The notes: a model not told the origin generated them from the sequence alone. DNA of 61,032 nucleotides, filler included, from 3 parts of 3 records of this genome joined end to end with filler, not necessarily neighbours in it, one strand, 5' to 3'; counted from the first letter of the whole stretch, positions 1 through 8,518 are shown. Numbers and translations are program-made.

Positions 1-15
1 ATAGATGGCCGCCCG

Positions 16-62
16 ATAATATTTATTATGTGGCCGCAGGCCACATAAACAGGCTGTTATGA
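16..62 (+). mobile_element. Probable integron attI (or the tail of a truncated attC) preceding the first cassette
   Basis: Core site GTTATGA at 56-62, preceded by CATAAAC-N5, a palindrome ATAAT-N4-ATTAT (16-29) and a hairpin TTATGTGGCC/GGCCACATAA. GTTATGAG (56-63) is the exact complement of CTCATAAC (377-384) ending cassette 1. Confidence 0.5.
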
Positions 63-68
63 GTCTTT

Positions 69-383
69 ATGAGCTGGAAGCCGATTACAAAAGAAGAGCT
101 TGAGCGAGAGCTTGAAACTCAGTGCAATGATCTAAGTCCGGAAGAGATGAGCTTCTTTAGCTCAATAAAGGTGCCTTTAGATTCTGTTGAAATTGATCGG
201 AATGGTCGTTTGGAAAATGTATACGTAGTCGCTCGGCAAGAACAAAGTGTCGTATTCTATGAGGACGTCGAAGAGGGCTTTGAAATATCCAAACTCAACT
301 CGCAGGGAGTTATAGATGAGTATGGCGCAAATCAATTTACAATTCGGCACGTTATCAATCAGCTGCGAGCCAGAAACTCATAA
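69..383 (+). CDS. Cassette 1: small acidic hypothetical protein (104 aa)
   Basis: ORF fills the cassette; TAA stop lies inside the R'' site TCATAAC. Confidence 0.85.
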   Translation: MSWKPITKEELERELETQCNDLSPEEMSFFSSIKVPLDSVEIDRNGRLENVYVVARQEQSVVFYEDVEEGFEISKLNSQGVIDEYGANQFTIRHVINQLRARNS

Positions 384-467
384 CAAGCCGCTTAAATTCG
401 TTCCGGCCACACAAAGCGTGGCCTCCACCGGACTCGCTAACGCTCGCCGTTTAGCGGAGCGTTATGA
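378..467 (+). mobile_element. attC site 1 (90 bp)
   Basis: R'' TCATAAC 378-384, R' GTTATGA 461-467; arms CCGCTTAAA / TTTAGCGG pair with one extrahelical base. Confidence 0.9.
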
Positions 468-477
468 GCCCAGGGCA

Positions 478-837
478 ATGAAATACCTCATACACATATT
501 TTTATTTTTAGTATCAAATTTTGTTCTCGCCGCCGATTATTATGAAGTTAAATCGGAGGAAATTGAGGCGAAATGGGAAAAGGTGTCTAAAGAAAGATAC
601 GTATTTGAGGATATGTTTTACTCAAAGGTATTTGCCCCCAATGAAGGAACCTACTGGCTAGTTAAACCTAGACTAAAAGGTGTTTATCCTGCACTGTGGC
701 GGCGTTGGGTAATAGATACAAAAAATGGCCAAAAATTACAAATGGAAGGGTGGTATGCAGGTGATGAGAAAGAATTTCTTAAGTTCTTTGGTGCAGATCT
801 AGCGCCTAACGACCCTCCAACCAAGAAAGGCTCATAA
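478..837 (+). CDS. Cassette 2: secreted hypothetical protein (119 aa, signal peptide MKYLIHIFLFLVSNFVLA)
   Basis: Start moved from the track value 316 (which runs through attC1) to ATG 478; stop lies in the R'' site. Confidence 0.8.
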   Translation: MKYLIHIFLFLVSNFVLAADYYEVKSEEIEAKWEKVSKERYVFEDMFYSKVFAPNEGTYWLVKPRLKGVYPALWRRWVIDTKNGQKLQMEGWYAGDEKEFLKFFGADLAPNDPPTKKGS

Positions 838-928
838 CAAATTGGTGAAATGGATTTATTTAAGCTGTCACCTTTTTTTGAAAAAAAAGCCGCCAACTAA
901 AATAAACGCATTTACCAAGGCGTTAGGC
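832..928 (+). mobile_element. attC site 2 (97 bp)
   Basis: R'' TCATAAC 832-838, R' GTTAGGC 922-928; arms TTGGTGAAATG / CATTTACCAA with an extra base; central T7/A8 stem. Confidence 0.9.
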
Positions 929-939
929 AATCAAAGATC

Positions 940-3099
940 ATGAATTGGATACGCACCATATTTTCACGGAAGAACGACGATTCGGTAGTTCACGAAGTCG
1001 AAAATCCATCTATGCCTGAGGATGAGCAGAAAACGGCACGAATTACCGCAGATAATCCAATTACTAAATCAGAGGAAGATGCGCTTGGACGACTCAAGCC
1101 TGCTTCATCATTTGCTCAACAAGTATTAACTCTTGATTCTAGTGAAGGAGTGGTTGTCGGTGTTTTAGGGCCCTGGGGATCTGGAAAAACGTCTTTCGTG
1201 AATCTATCTCAATCCTTTCTCAAGGAATCAGGCGTAACGGTACTTGAATTTAATCCATGGATGTTCAGTGGAGCAGATCAACTTGTTCAATCCTTTTTCA
1301 TAGAGCTATCTGCCCAGCTAAAGCTCCGCGCTGACCTATCTGAAATTGGAGAACTTATTGAAGAGTATGGTGATACTTTTTCTGGCTTGGGCTGGTTGCC
1401 ACTAGTAGGGCCATGGATTGAACGGGGTCGAGTCGTAACGGATCTCGTTGCTAAGACATTGCAGCGCAAAAAAGAAGGCGTTAAATCAAGCCAAAATAGG
1501 GTACGCCAATCCCTCAAGAAAATAGATAAACCAATAGTAGTTATATTGGATGACATAGATCGCTTATCAACCCAAGAAATACGCGATGTATTCAAGTTGG
1601 TTCGGTTAACCGCAAACTTCCCGAATATCATATATTTACTAGCTTTTGACCGGTATCGTGTCGAACAAGCTCTTGGGGAACAAGGAATTCCAGGGCGGGA
1701 CTATCTCGAGAAAATACTCCAAATAGCAATCGACCTACCTGCTGTTCCTGAGCATGTGCTGAATACGCAGATACTTAAAGCAATAGATGCTGCGCTCGAA
1801 GACATCGAGAACCTAGGGAGTTTTGATTCAGACCTTTGGCCAGATGTTTTCATGGAGGTGATTCGCCCACTCATAAGAAATATGAGAGATGTTCGGCGAT
1901 ATGCGGCAGCCATACATGGCACTGCAAGAGACATAGGTGCTCAAGTTGCACTGGTTGATGTGTTGGCCTTAGAAGCAGTACGCGTTTTTCTTCCAGATGT
2001 ATTTCATAGTTTGCACTCTTCTGTGGATGGACTGACGACGACCTCAGGTACATATAGCTACCGTGAAGAACCACCAGAACTGAAAAATCAGATCGATAAT
2101 CTGGTAGCAAAAGGAGGAGAACACAAAGAAAGCATACTTAACTTGGTCAGGCGATTGTTTCCGGGTGGCGAACGGCATTTGGGGGGCACACATTATGGTG
2201 GAGATTGGAGTAACCGTTGGCTCAAGGAAAGACGGGTAGCTCATGTAGAAGTGCTTCGCTACTACTTAGAGCGCGTTGCGGGTGAGAAACTACAGGCTTT
2301 CTCTGACGCCGAGATTGCTTGGTCGTTGATCACAGATAAAGCTGAGTTCGAGACTTATTTAAAGTCGCTGCCTTTACATCGATTACAGGACATTATTTCG
2401 TCACTTGAAGCGTATGAAGAAGATTTTTCTGATCAACATGTTATCCCCGGCACGGTGGTTTTGCTAAATCTTCTTCCACAGCTTCCAGATCGTCAACGCG
2501 GAATGTTTGATCTAGACACAAGACTGGTTGTCGGAAGAGTTGTTTATCGTCTCGTCCGCGCACTTAAAGAACCAGAAGCCATTGAGGCGGCAGTTAAGGA
2601 AATACTGCCCCAAGTACAATCTTTGTCTTCAAGACAAGAGCTTATAACTGACGTTGGTTATCGCGAAGGGGCTGGTCACAAGCTGATTTCTGAGGAAGCC
2701 GCGAAAGCTTTTGAAGTGGAATGGCGAGCCCAAGTTCGGTCTGCCAGCCCCGAAGAGCTAGTAAGCGAAACTGATCTACTCAGGACGATGTTGCTTGTTA
2801 AAAGGGAGGCAGATCCAGAGGAACCAGACCTAGTGGTCCCGGAATCCACGGATATCACATATGCGCTACTGAAAAGCGCAAGAAGCGAGGTTAGAAGTCA
2901 GTCAATGGGGAGTCGTGCTGTGCGTCTGAAACCGAGACTTGCATGGGATATATTGATCGATCTGTATGGCGATGAGAATGTACTGCGAGAACGAATCGAT
3001 CAACTGAAAGCGTCTCCACCAGATGATATTGGGGATTTATTTGAATTGGCAGATAAATATCTTTCTGGGTGGAGGCCTAAAGATTTTGGTGATGAGTAA
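940..3099 (+). CDS. Cassette 3: KAP-family P-loop NTPase (719 aa)
   Basis: D-x-L-G-R N-terminal motif, Walker A GPWGSGKT, FNPWMF, Walker B VVILDDIDR, YLEKILQIAIDLP and NMRDVRR motifs typical of KAP NTPases. Confidence 0.9.
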   Translation: MNWIRTIFSRKNDDSVVHEVENPSMPEDEQKTARITADNPITKSEEDALGRLKPASSFAQQVLTLDSSEGVVVGVLGPWGSGKTSFVNLSQSFLKESGVTVLEFNPWMFSGADQLVQSFFIELSAQLKLRADLSEIGELIEEYGDTFSGLGWLPLVGPWIERGRVVTDLVAKTLQRKKEGVKSSQNRVRQSLKKIDKPIVVILDDIDRLSTQEIRDVFKLVRLTANFPNIIYLLAFDRYRVEQALGEQGIPGRDYLEKILQIAIDLPAVPEHVLNTQILKAIDAALEDIENLGSFDSDLWPDVFMEVIRPLIRNMRDVRRYAAAIHGTARDIGAQVALVDVLALEAVRVFLPDVFHSLHSSVDGLTTTSGTYSYREEPPELKNQIDNLVAKGGEHKESILNLVRRLFPGGERHLGGTHYGGDWSNRWLKERRVAHVEVLRYYLERVAGEKLQAFSDAEIAWSLITDKAEFETYLKSLPLHRLQDIISSLEAYEEDFSDQHVIPGTVVLLNLLPQLPDRQRGMFDLDTRLVVGRVVYRLVRALKEPEAIEAAVKEILPQVQSLSSRQELITDVGYREGAGHKLISEEAAKAFEVEWRAQVRSASPEELVSETDLLRTMLLVKREADPEEPDLVVPESTDITYALLKSARSEVRSQSMGSRAVRLKPRLAWDILIDLYGDENVLRERIDQLKASPPDDIGDLFELADKYLSGWRPKDFGDE

Positions 3100-3114
3100 G
3101 ATTCGGCGAAATTT

Positions 3115-3195
3115 GCCTAACAATGCCGTCAACTCGGACGAATTTTCCGTTCGCTTCTCTCACTACAAATGCGCCGGTTACGGCTGGCGTTAAAC
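3115..3195 (+). mobile_element. attC site 3 (81 bp)
   Basis: R'' GCCTAAC 3115-3121, R' GTTAAAC 3189-3195; arms GCCGTCAAC / GTTACGGC with an extra base. Confidence 0.9.
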
Positions 3196-3559
3196 ATCAT
3201 TAAGGGAGTTCATCAATACATTGCAGTTGGTGTAATGTATCTCTCAGGCACACATTATGCGATCGTTAGTCTGCACGAATAGAAACCCTATAGTGGCTGC
3301 CGGCTGCGGCATTGGCATCGGCTTTCTATCTCGTGTTGCTATCCTAATCGCTGGCTTAATTATCGATAGTATACCGGAATTCAGCCATTTGAATCTAAAG
3401 TCAATTTAGCAGTCTTTGGTTTGTACTTCGTTGTCAGCATACTGCAGGGGGCAAGAATGTCCTGGGAAGTTCACCACAAGAAAGTTGACGCTCTTCCAAA
3501 TATCACACTTGGAGGGTGAGTGAGGAAAGCAAGAAGGAGCTTTAGCGAAAATGTTTAAC
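3190..3559 (+). pseudogene. Cassette 4: frameshifted remnant of a small membrane-protein gene
   Basis: Start GTTAAACAT (3189) complements ATGTTTAAC (3551-3559). Only broken hydrophobic ORF pieces (e.g. 3257-3409) lie between, and the downstream attC hairpin is not recoverable. Confidence 0.6.
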
Positions 3560-3638
3560 AGAGCAGAGCGGAACTGCCCACCCCGTAGTGTGCGCCTCCA
3601 TTTCGGGGTCTCGCCCCAGCTGAAAGGATAGAACGTTT

Positions 3639-3968
3639 ATGAATGAGTTAGTCGAAAATATTTCTCCTGTTGTCTTTGTAGCGTTCTTCGCATTTGTTAT
3701 GTACTCAATGTTTTCTAAGAAAGGAAAAGGAATAATGATGGGAGGAAACATCGTTGATACGGCAAATGATGAGATCGTTCAGTCTTCAGGCATGCTGACC
3801 ACTAAGATTCGCGCCCACGTTATTCAATCAAAATCGGGAGAAAGGCATCTCGGATTAGAGATTTCTGAGAACGTTAAGCTCGGCGCTAGTATGAATTCGG
3901 TAAAGCTCTCAAAGCAGGAGGCCGAGAAGCTAATCGGGATGCTCAATGAGGTTGTGTCAAAAACATAG
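3639..3968 (+). CDS. Cassette 5 (eroded): hypothetical protein with N-terminal TM helix
   Basis: 109-aa ORF; stop within a degenerate R'' ACATAGC (3963-3969). Confidence 0.7.
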   Translation: MNELVENISPVVFVAFFAFVMYSMFSKKGKGIMMGGNIVDTANDEIVQSSGMLTTKIRAHVIQSKSGERHLGLEISENVKLGASMNSVKLSKQEAEKLIGMLNEVVSKT

Positions 3969-4120
3969 CATGTCAAGGCAGCAAGCGCTGGGCGAAGTTT
4001 TCTATGGACAACGCGCGGCGCGGACGCATTAGTAGTGGCGTCTACTTTTTGAAGGGGTCTCCCTAAGCAGTTCAGCCCTCCCAGTTGTGAGCGTGATGGC
4101 TACACCGATAGAGAATTATT

Positions 4121-4720
4121 ATGAAACTAGGTGTTTTACTTTTTGAAGGATTCGAACTATTAGATGTCTTTGGCCCACTAGAAATGTTTGGGCAAATCGA
4201 TGATATAGACATTTATATGGTTGCTGAAAAAGCCGGCGCAATAACTTCAGCTCAAGGCCCAGCCGTGATGGCCCAAGAAGAAATTTCAATAAAGTCAGAT
4301 TACGACATTATCCTGGTTCCCGGTGGCATAGGAACGCGGAAAGAGGTGGAAAATACTGGGGTTATTAATTGGATTTCAGGCCAAGCTTCAAGGGCAAAGT
4401 ATGTTGCCTCTGTGTGTACGGGTAGTGCTTTACTCGCAAAAGCCGGAGTACTTGACGGAAAAAATGCAACCACCAATAAACTCGCATTTTCATGGGTGTG
4501 TTCTCAGGGGTTGAATACCAACTGGATCGGCAAGGCTCGCTGGGTTCAGGATGGGAATATCTTTTCTTCGGCAGGCGTGTCAGCTGGAATTGATATGTCG
4601 TTAGCGTTAATTGACGAGATATGGGGTAAACGTAAGGCCGAAGCAATTGCGGACTTGACAGAATATCAATGGAATTCTAATCCAAACGATGATGTTTTTG
4701 CAGAGAAACAGGGCTTGTAA
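4121..4720 (+). CDS. DJ-1/PfpI family protein (eroded cassette 6)
   Basis: FELLDVFGP, VPGG-G, SVCTG nucleophile motif, SAGVSAGIDM; stop in TTGTAAC. Confidence 0.9.
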   Translation: MKLGVLLFEGFELLDVFGPLEMFGQIDDIDIYMVAEKAGAITSAQGPAVMAQEEISIKSDYDIILVPGGIGTRKEVENTGVINWISGQASRAKYVASVCTGSALLAKAGVLDGKNATTNKLAFSWVCSQGLNTNWIGKARWVQDGNIFSSAGVSAGIDMSLALIDEIWGKRKAEAIADLTEYQWNSNPNDDVFAEKQGL

Positions 4721-4815
4721 CGTAGGGCAAAAAGGTCAATGTTGGTGGGCTGCCTGCATACCGCTTAGATTTGTTACGGCAGCCCCACATTGAGTCGTTA
4801 TATTTCAGGGAAGCT

Positions 4816-5220
4816 ATGAGCAAAGAAAACGGAGAGTACCGCATAAGTGATGATCGAAGTGATGTGCAACATGATAAGGTTGAAGCACTTCTAAGGTCAT
4901 CGTATTGGGCTAAAGAAAGGCCGCTGGAGACCATGATGGTCTCAATAGACAATAGCATTTGCTTTTCGCTGCTTCACAAAAATGAACAGGTCGGCTTTGC
5001 GAGAGTCGTTACTGATTTCGCTTCTGTCGCCTATATCGCTGATTTAATAATTCATCCGGATCATCGAGGTAGAGGGCTGGGAAAGTGGATGTTTGGCAAG
5101 ATCAGCAACGATCCGCGCTGGCGTGCTAAGTTTCAATTTCTTGCAACCGATGATGCTCATGGGCTGTATCAGCAGTTTGGGTTTTCTGGCAGTAGCAAGT
5201 TAATGAGCACAAAAATATAA
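4816..5220 (+). CDS. GNAT N-acetyltransferase (eroded cassette 7)
   Basis: SYWA, QVGFARVVTD, HRGRGLGK acetyl-CoA motif, AHGLY; ATG 4816; bounded by GTTATATTT (4797) and AAATATAAC (5213-5221). Confidence 0.9.
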   Translation: MSKENGEYRISDDRSDVQHDKVEALLRSSYWAKERPLETMMVSIDNSICFSLLHKNEQVGFARVVTDFASVAYIADLIIHPDHRGRGLGKWMFGKISNDPRWRAKFQFLATDDAHGLYQQFGFSGSSKLMSTKI

Positions 5221-5397
5221 CAGGCGTTAGCCGTTGCCGCTGTGGTTTCTGCGGGTTGAAGGCCCACAGTTTGCTGGCGCAAGTAGATTCGCATAACATC
5301 ATCGGCATCGATTTGGGCGCTTGCTCGTTCTACACACTCTATACAGACCTTGGTCCGCTAATGTCATGAAAAGAACTCATCGCTGCGTTGGTGCGCC

Positions 5398-7035
5398 ATG
5401 CCGCTGACCAGACGCCGTATTCTCGGTCTTGTGCCTGCCGTTGCAGGCGTATCACTATTGAGCGCATGTGGTGGTGATGCCGGGCACGGCGGATCGTTTA
5501 TGGTGGATGATGAAACGCTGTTGCCGCCGCTGGGGGCGGGCGATGCGGCGTCGGTATTTCCCTCGTCGGTGGCGAGCGGTGATCCTACACCCTCGGGCGT
5601 TATTCTCTGGACGCGCCTTGAGCAATCGGCAATCGTGCCTGATCAGGATGTGCTTTGGGAAGTGGCCGAGGATGAACGATTCTTGCGCCGAGTGGCGGCC
5701 GGGCGCGTTCCGGTGTCGGCATTATCACCGGAGAGTGATAACGCTCTGAGGTTGGACGTAGATGGGTTATTGCCCGCCAACCGATTCCTTTATTACCGCT
5801 TCGCCCACGCTGGCGTGTCCAGTCGCGCGGGGCGGCTACGAACGTTACCCGAGTCGGACGATGAGGTTGCGAACCTTCGTTTGCTTGTGGCGTCTTGTCA
5901 GGACTATACCCTCGCGTATTTCCATGCCTTTGGCGAAATGGCGCAGCGAGAGGCAGATTATGTTCTGCACATGGGCGATTTTATTTACGAAAGCGCCATC
6001 GTGCCGCTACGGCCCATAAACCTGCCCTCGGGTGGGCAATATGCGAGCTCGCGGGAAGACTTACTGACGATCTATCGCACGCATCGTAGCGACGCGAACC
6101 TGCAAGCGTTGCTGGAAGCGCACACGCTGATCTGCACTTTTGATGACCACGAGTTTGCCAATGATCTGTACTTCGATGGCGAGCGCCCGCGCGGTCCCGA
6201 TCATCCGCTGGACAGTGATCCGGAGGCGATGACCCAGTATGTGCGAGAGGCGTTAGATGTCTGGTACCACTATTTGCCGGTGCGAGTGCAGTACGCGCCC
6301 GAGGCGGCTTTTCCTAATGTGATGACTGCGCATCGTAGCTTTCGTTTTGGGCGCCTGGTTGAGCTTGCAATGACCGAGCTGCGAATGCACCGCTCACCGC
6401 ACCCCTGTGGAGAGGGCAATTTCGGAGAGCGTCAGCTGGTTGTTGAAAGTAATTGCGAGGCCCGGCACGACGAGGGGCGCACCTTGCTGGGCGACGAGCA
6501 GAAGCAGTGGCTATTGCAAACGCTGACCACTAGCAGTGCGCGTTGGCGGGTATTAGGGCTACCGATTCCGTTTTCACCCATTTCTATCGCGCAGTTGCCA
6601 CCCACGGTGTACGAGGTTGATCACTGGGACGGATATACCGCTGAGCGAGCAGAGCTGTTGCACGCGCTGCGGGACACCGAAAATTTGGTGGTGCTGGCTG
6701 CCGACTTGCATGCATTTGCGGCGGCGACATTGCGTGACGGCTACCCGGATGGCCCCGCTGTCGGTGCGGAATTCACCACAAGCGCAGCGGCCGCGACGCC
6801 GATCGCGACCATTAACCCGCCAGCCAATGTATTCCTGCAAAGCCCCTTTATATTGGCAAATAACCCGCATTTTTCATTTTGGGATGGCACTCGTAATGGC
6901 TGGCTTGAAGTCGAGTTTAGCGATCAGGCCTGCACCGTTGCCGTACGTGCGATGCAAGCGCAGATTCCAATACCCAACCCCTCAATCGAGACGGCGCGCT
7001 TCACCGTAACAGATGGTGTTCCCGGCCTGGCTTAA
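5398..7035 (+). CDS. phoD: PhoD-family alkaline phosphatase, Tat lipoprotein
   Basis: TRRR twin-arginine signal plus LSAC lipobox; VASGDP, LWTR, HMGDFIYE, DDHEFAND, WDGY, DLH motifs. Confidence 0.9.
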   Translation: MPLTRRRILGLVPAVAGVSLLSACGGDAGHGGSFMVDDETLLPPLGAGDAASVFPSSVASGDPTPSGVILWTRLEQSAIVPDQDVLWEVAEDERFLRRVAAGRVPVSALSPESDNALRLDVDGLLPANRFLYYRFAHAGVSSRAGRLRTLPESDDEVANLRLLVASCQDYTLAYFHAFGEMAQREADYVLHMGDFIYESAIVPLRPINLPSGGQYASSREDLLTIYRTHRSDANLQALLEAHTLICTFDDHEFANDLYFDGERPRGPDHPLDSDPEAMTQYVREALDVWYHYLPVRVQYAPEAAFPNVMTAHRSFRFGRLVELAMTELRMHRSPHPCGEGNFGERQLVVESNCEARHDEGRTLLGDEQKQWLLQTLTTSSARWRVLGLPIPFSPISIAQLPPTVYEVDHWDGYTAERAELLHALRDTENLVVLAADLHAFAAATLRDGYPDGPAVGAEFTTSAAAATPIATINPPANVFLQSPFILANNPHFSFWDGTRNGWLEVEFSDQACTVAVRAMQAQIPIPNPSIETARFTVTDGVPGLA

Positions 7036-7134
7036 CGTTGGGCAGTACGCTTTCCGAAAGGCTGGGTACGAGCAGGGTGCGCGTGGATACATTCACAGGG
7101 CCTGCTTTTCTAGGCATCAATCGTTAAACTGTAG

Positions 7135-7153
7135 TGTTGCGTGGTGCGCAACA
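7135..7153. promoter_or_regulatory. Palindromic operator upstream of higBA
   Basis: TGTTGCG-N5-CGCAACA perfect inverted repeat just before the toxin gene; HigA-type autoregulation is inferred. Confidence 0.65.
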
Positions 7154-7164
7154 TGCTGTGGTTA

Positions 7165-7446
7165 GTGTATGTTAAATCAGTCCGTCACAAAGGACTGAAG
7201 CGGTTTTACTTGACTGGCAACACGTCGGGTATACAACGAGATCACGCCAAGAAGTTGCGTATGCAGCTGGCTGCTCTGGATACGGCTACTTCGGTAGAGG
7301 ATATGGATATCCCCGGTTTTTGGCTTCACCCATTGAAGGGGCAAGACAAAGGGCGATGGTCGATTCGGGTTAACGGAAATTGGCGCATGACGTTCGAGTT
7401 TACAGACGGCAGTGCCTACATTCCTGATTTTGAGGATTATCACTGA
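7165..7446 (+). CDS. higB: HigB/RelE-ParE family toxin (start uncertain, possibly damaged)
   Basis: KSxRHKGL, LHPLKG, WSIRVNGNWR, EDYH motifs; in-frame GTG at 7165, while the ATG at 7169 is out of frame. Confidence 0.8.
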   Translation: MYVKSVRHKGLKRFYLTGNTSGIQRDHAKKLRMQLAALDTATSVEDMDIPGFWLHPLKGQDKGRWSIRVNGNWRMTFEFTDGSAYIPDFEDYH

Positions 7447-7739
7447 TGACTATGCATAGCCCGCCGCATCCCGGTGAATTCATTAGGGAGGTGTATCTGG
7501 AGCCCTTCGGCATCAGTGCCCGTCAGCTTGCGTCCAGTCTAGGGGTTTCGCCCTCCACGTTGTCTCGACTGCTGAAAGGGGATAGTGGAATTAGCCCTGA
7601 AATGTCTTTGCGGCTGTCCAAGGTACTGGGGCGTACTCCCGAGAGCTGGCTGGCGATGCAAGATATGTATGACCTGTCGGTGGCTCGCAGCACGGTCAAT
7701 CTGGATGGCATTCGCCCTCTGGATTTCGAAGCAGCTTAA
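7446..7739 (+). CDS. higA: HigA family antitoxin (HTH)
   Basis: MHSPPHPGEFIRE, ISPEMSLRLSKVLG, ESWLAMQ; TGATG coupling to higB. Confidence 0.92.
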   Translation: MTMHSPPHPGEFIREVYLEPFGISARQLASSLGVSPSTLSRLLKGDSGISPEMSLRLSKVLGRTPESWLAMQDMYDLSVARSTVNLDGIRPLDFEAA

Positions 7740-7822
7740 CGCGTGGCTGTTTTCCGAGGTTGAGGATCAGGCCCCTGCGCTTGGCGCTATGGGATGCCGA
7801 AAAGTGAGACATTAGCGATGTT

Positions 7823-8518
7823 ATGAAAAAGCACTATTTGCCAGCGCCGACAGGCCATGCGTTCACGAGACGTGAGTTACTTTTACTCGGTATTGGGGCG
7901 TCGCTGCTGCCTTCCGGTTTGGCAGCTGCTGATACCCGTCGGCGGTTGCTGCAAGCGACGCCGAGGCAGACGGCGGGGCCCTTTTACCCCAATTGGAGCC
8001 AGGCGGATCGCGATGCCGATTTAACCAGGGTTGCCGGTCGGAGTGAGAGTGCCAGCGGTGAGCTTATTCAGGTGTCAGGCCGGGTGCTGACCCCTGATAA
8101 CAAACCTGTTGAGGGCGTATTAATCGAGATTTGGCAGGCCAATGCTCAGGGGCGTTACGCTCACGAGGCCGATAGTAATCCTGCCCCTATTGATCAGAAT
8201 TTTCAGGGCTGGGGGCAAATGGCCACCGATGCTAATGGCGCTTACCAGTTCACAACCATCATGCCGGGGCCGTATCCGGTTAGCCGCAGTTGGTCGCGGC
8301 CGCCTCATATTCATTTTAAGCTGCAGAAACCGGGGTTTAGTACGCTGACGACGCAGATGTATTTTGCGGGCCATCCCCTGAACGATGTGGATGCGCTGCT
8401 ATTGCAGCATGGTGCTGAAGAGCGAGATCAACTTATAGTCGCGTTTGATGACCGCGGTGTGTCCAATGGTAATCGGCCGGTTCGGTCGGGCGTTTTTAAT
8501 ATTGTGCTCGAAGCGTAG
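7823..8518 (+). CDS. Intradiol ring-cleavage dioxygenase (protocatechuate 3,4-dioxygenase beta-like) with Tat signal
   Basis: TRRELL signal; TxGPFYP, IEIWQANAxGRY, PGPYP, RPPHIHF, LTTQMYF. Confidence 0.85.
   Translation: MKKHYLPAPTGHAFTRRELLLLGIGASLLPSGLAAADTRRRLLQATPRQTAGPFYPNWSQADRDADLTRVAGRSESASGELIQVSGRVLTPDNKPVEGVLIEIWQANAQGRYAHEADSNPAPIDQNFQGWGQMATDANGAYQFTTIMPGPYPVSRSWSRPPHIHFKLQKPGFSTLTTQMYFAGHPLNDVDALLLQHGAEERDQLIVAFDDRGVSNGNRPVRSGVFNIVLEA

Larger units (their letters stand above)
57..5300 (+). mobile_element. Integron gene-cassette array (~7 cassettes; first 3 intact, distal ones eroded); integrase not in window
   Basis: Co-oriented single ORFs, lower GC than the rest of the contig, stop codons in or just before RYYYAAC-like sites, and each cassette start complementary to its own end (56/377, 461/829, 922/3113, 3189/3551, 4797/5213). 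Confidence 0.9.

Noticed and set aside
316-477. N-terminal extension of ORF 316..837
   Set aside because: It runs through cassette 1 and attC1; ATG 478 gives a clean signal peptide inside cassette 2.
378-3195. Spaced palindromes as a CRISPR array or REP family
   Set aside because: They differ in sequence, are separated by whole genes and carry attC core sites; no repeat-spacer array or cas gene is in the window.
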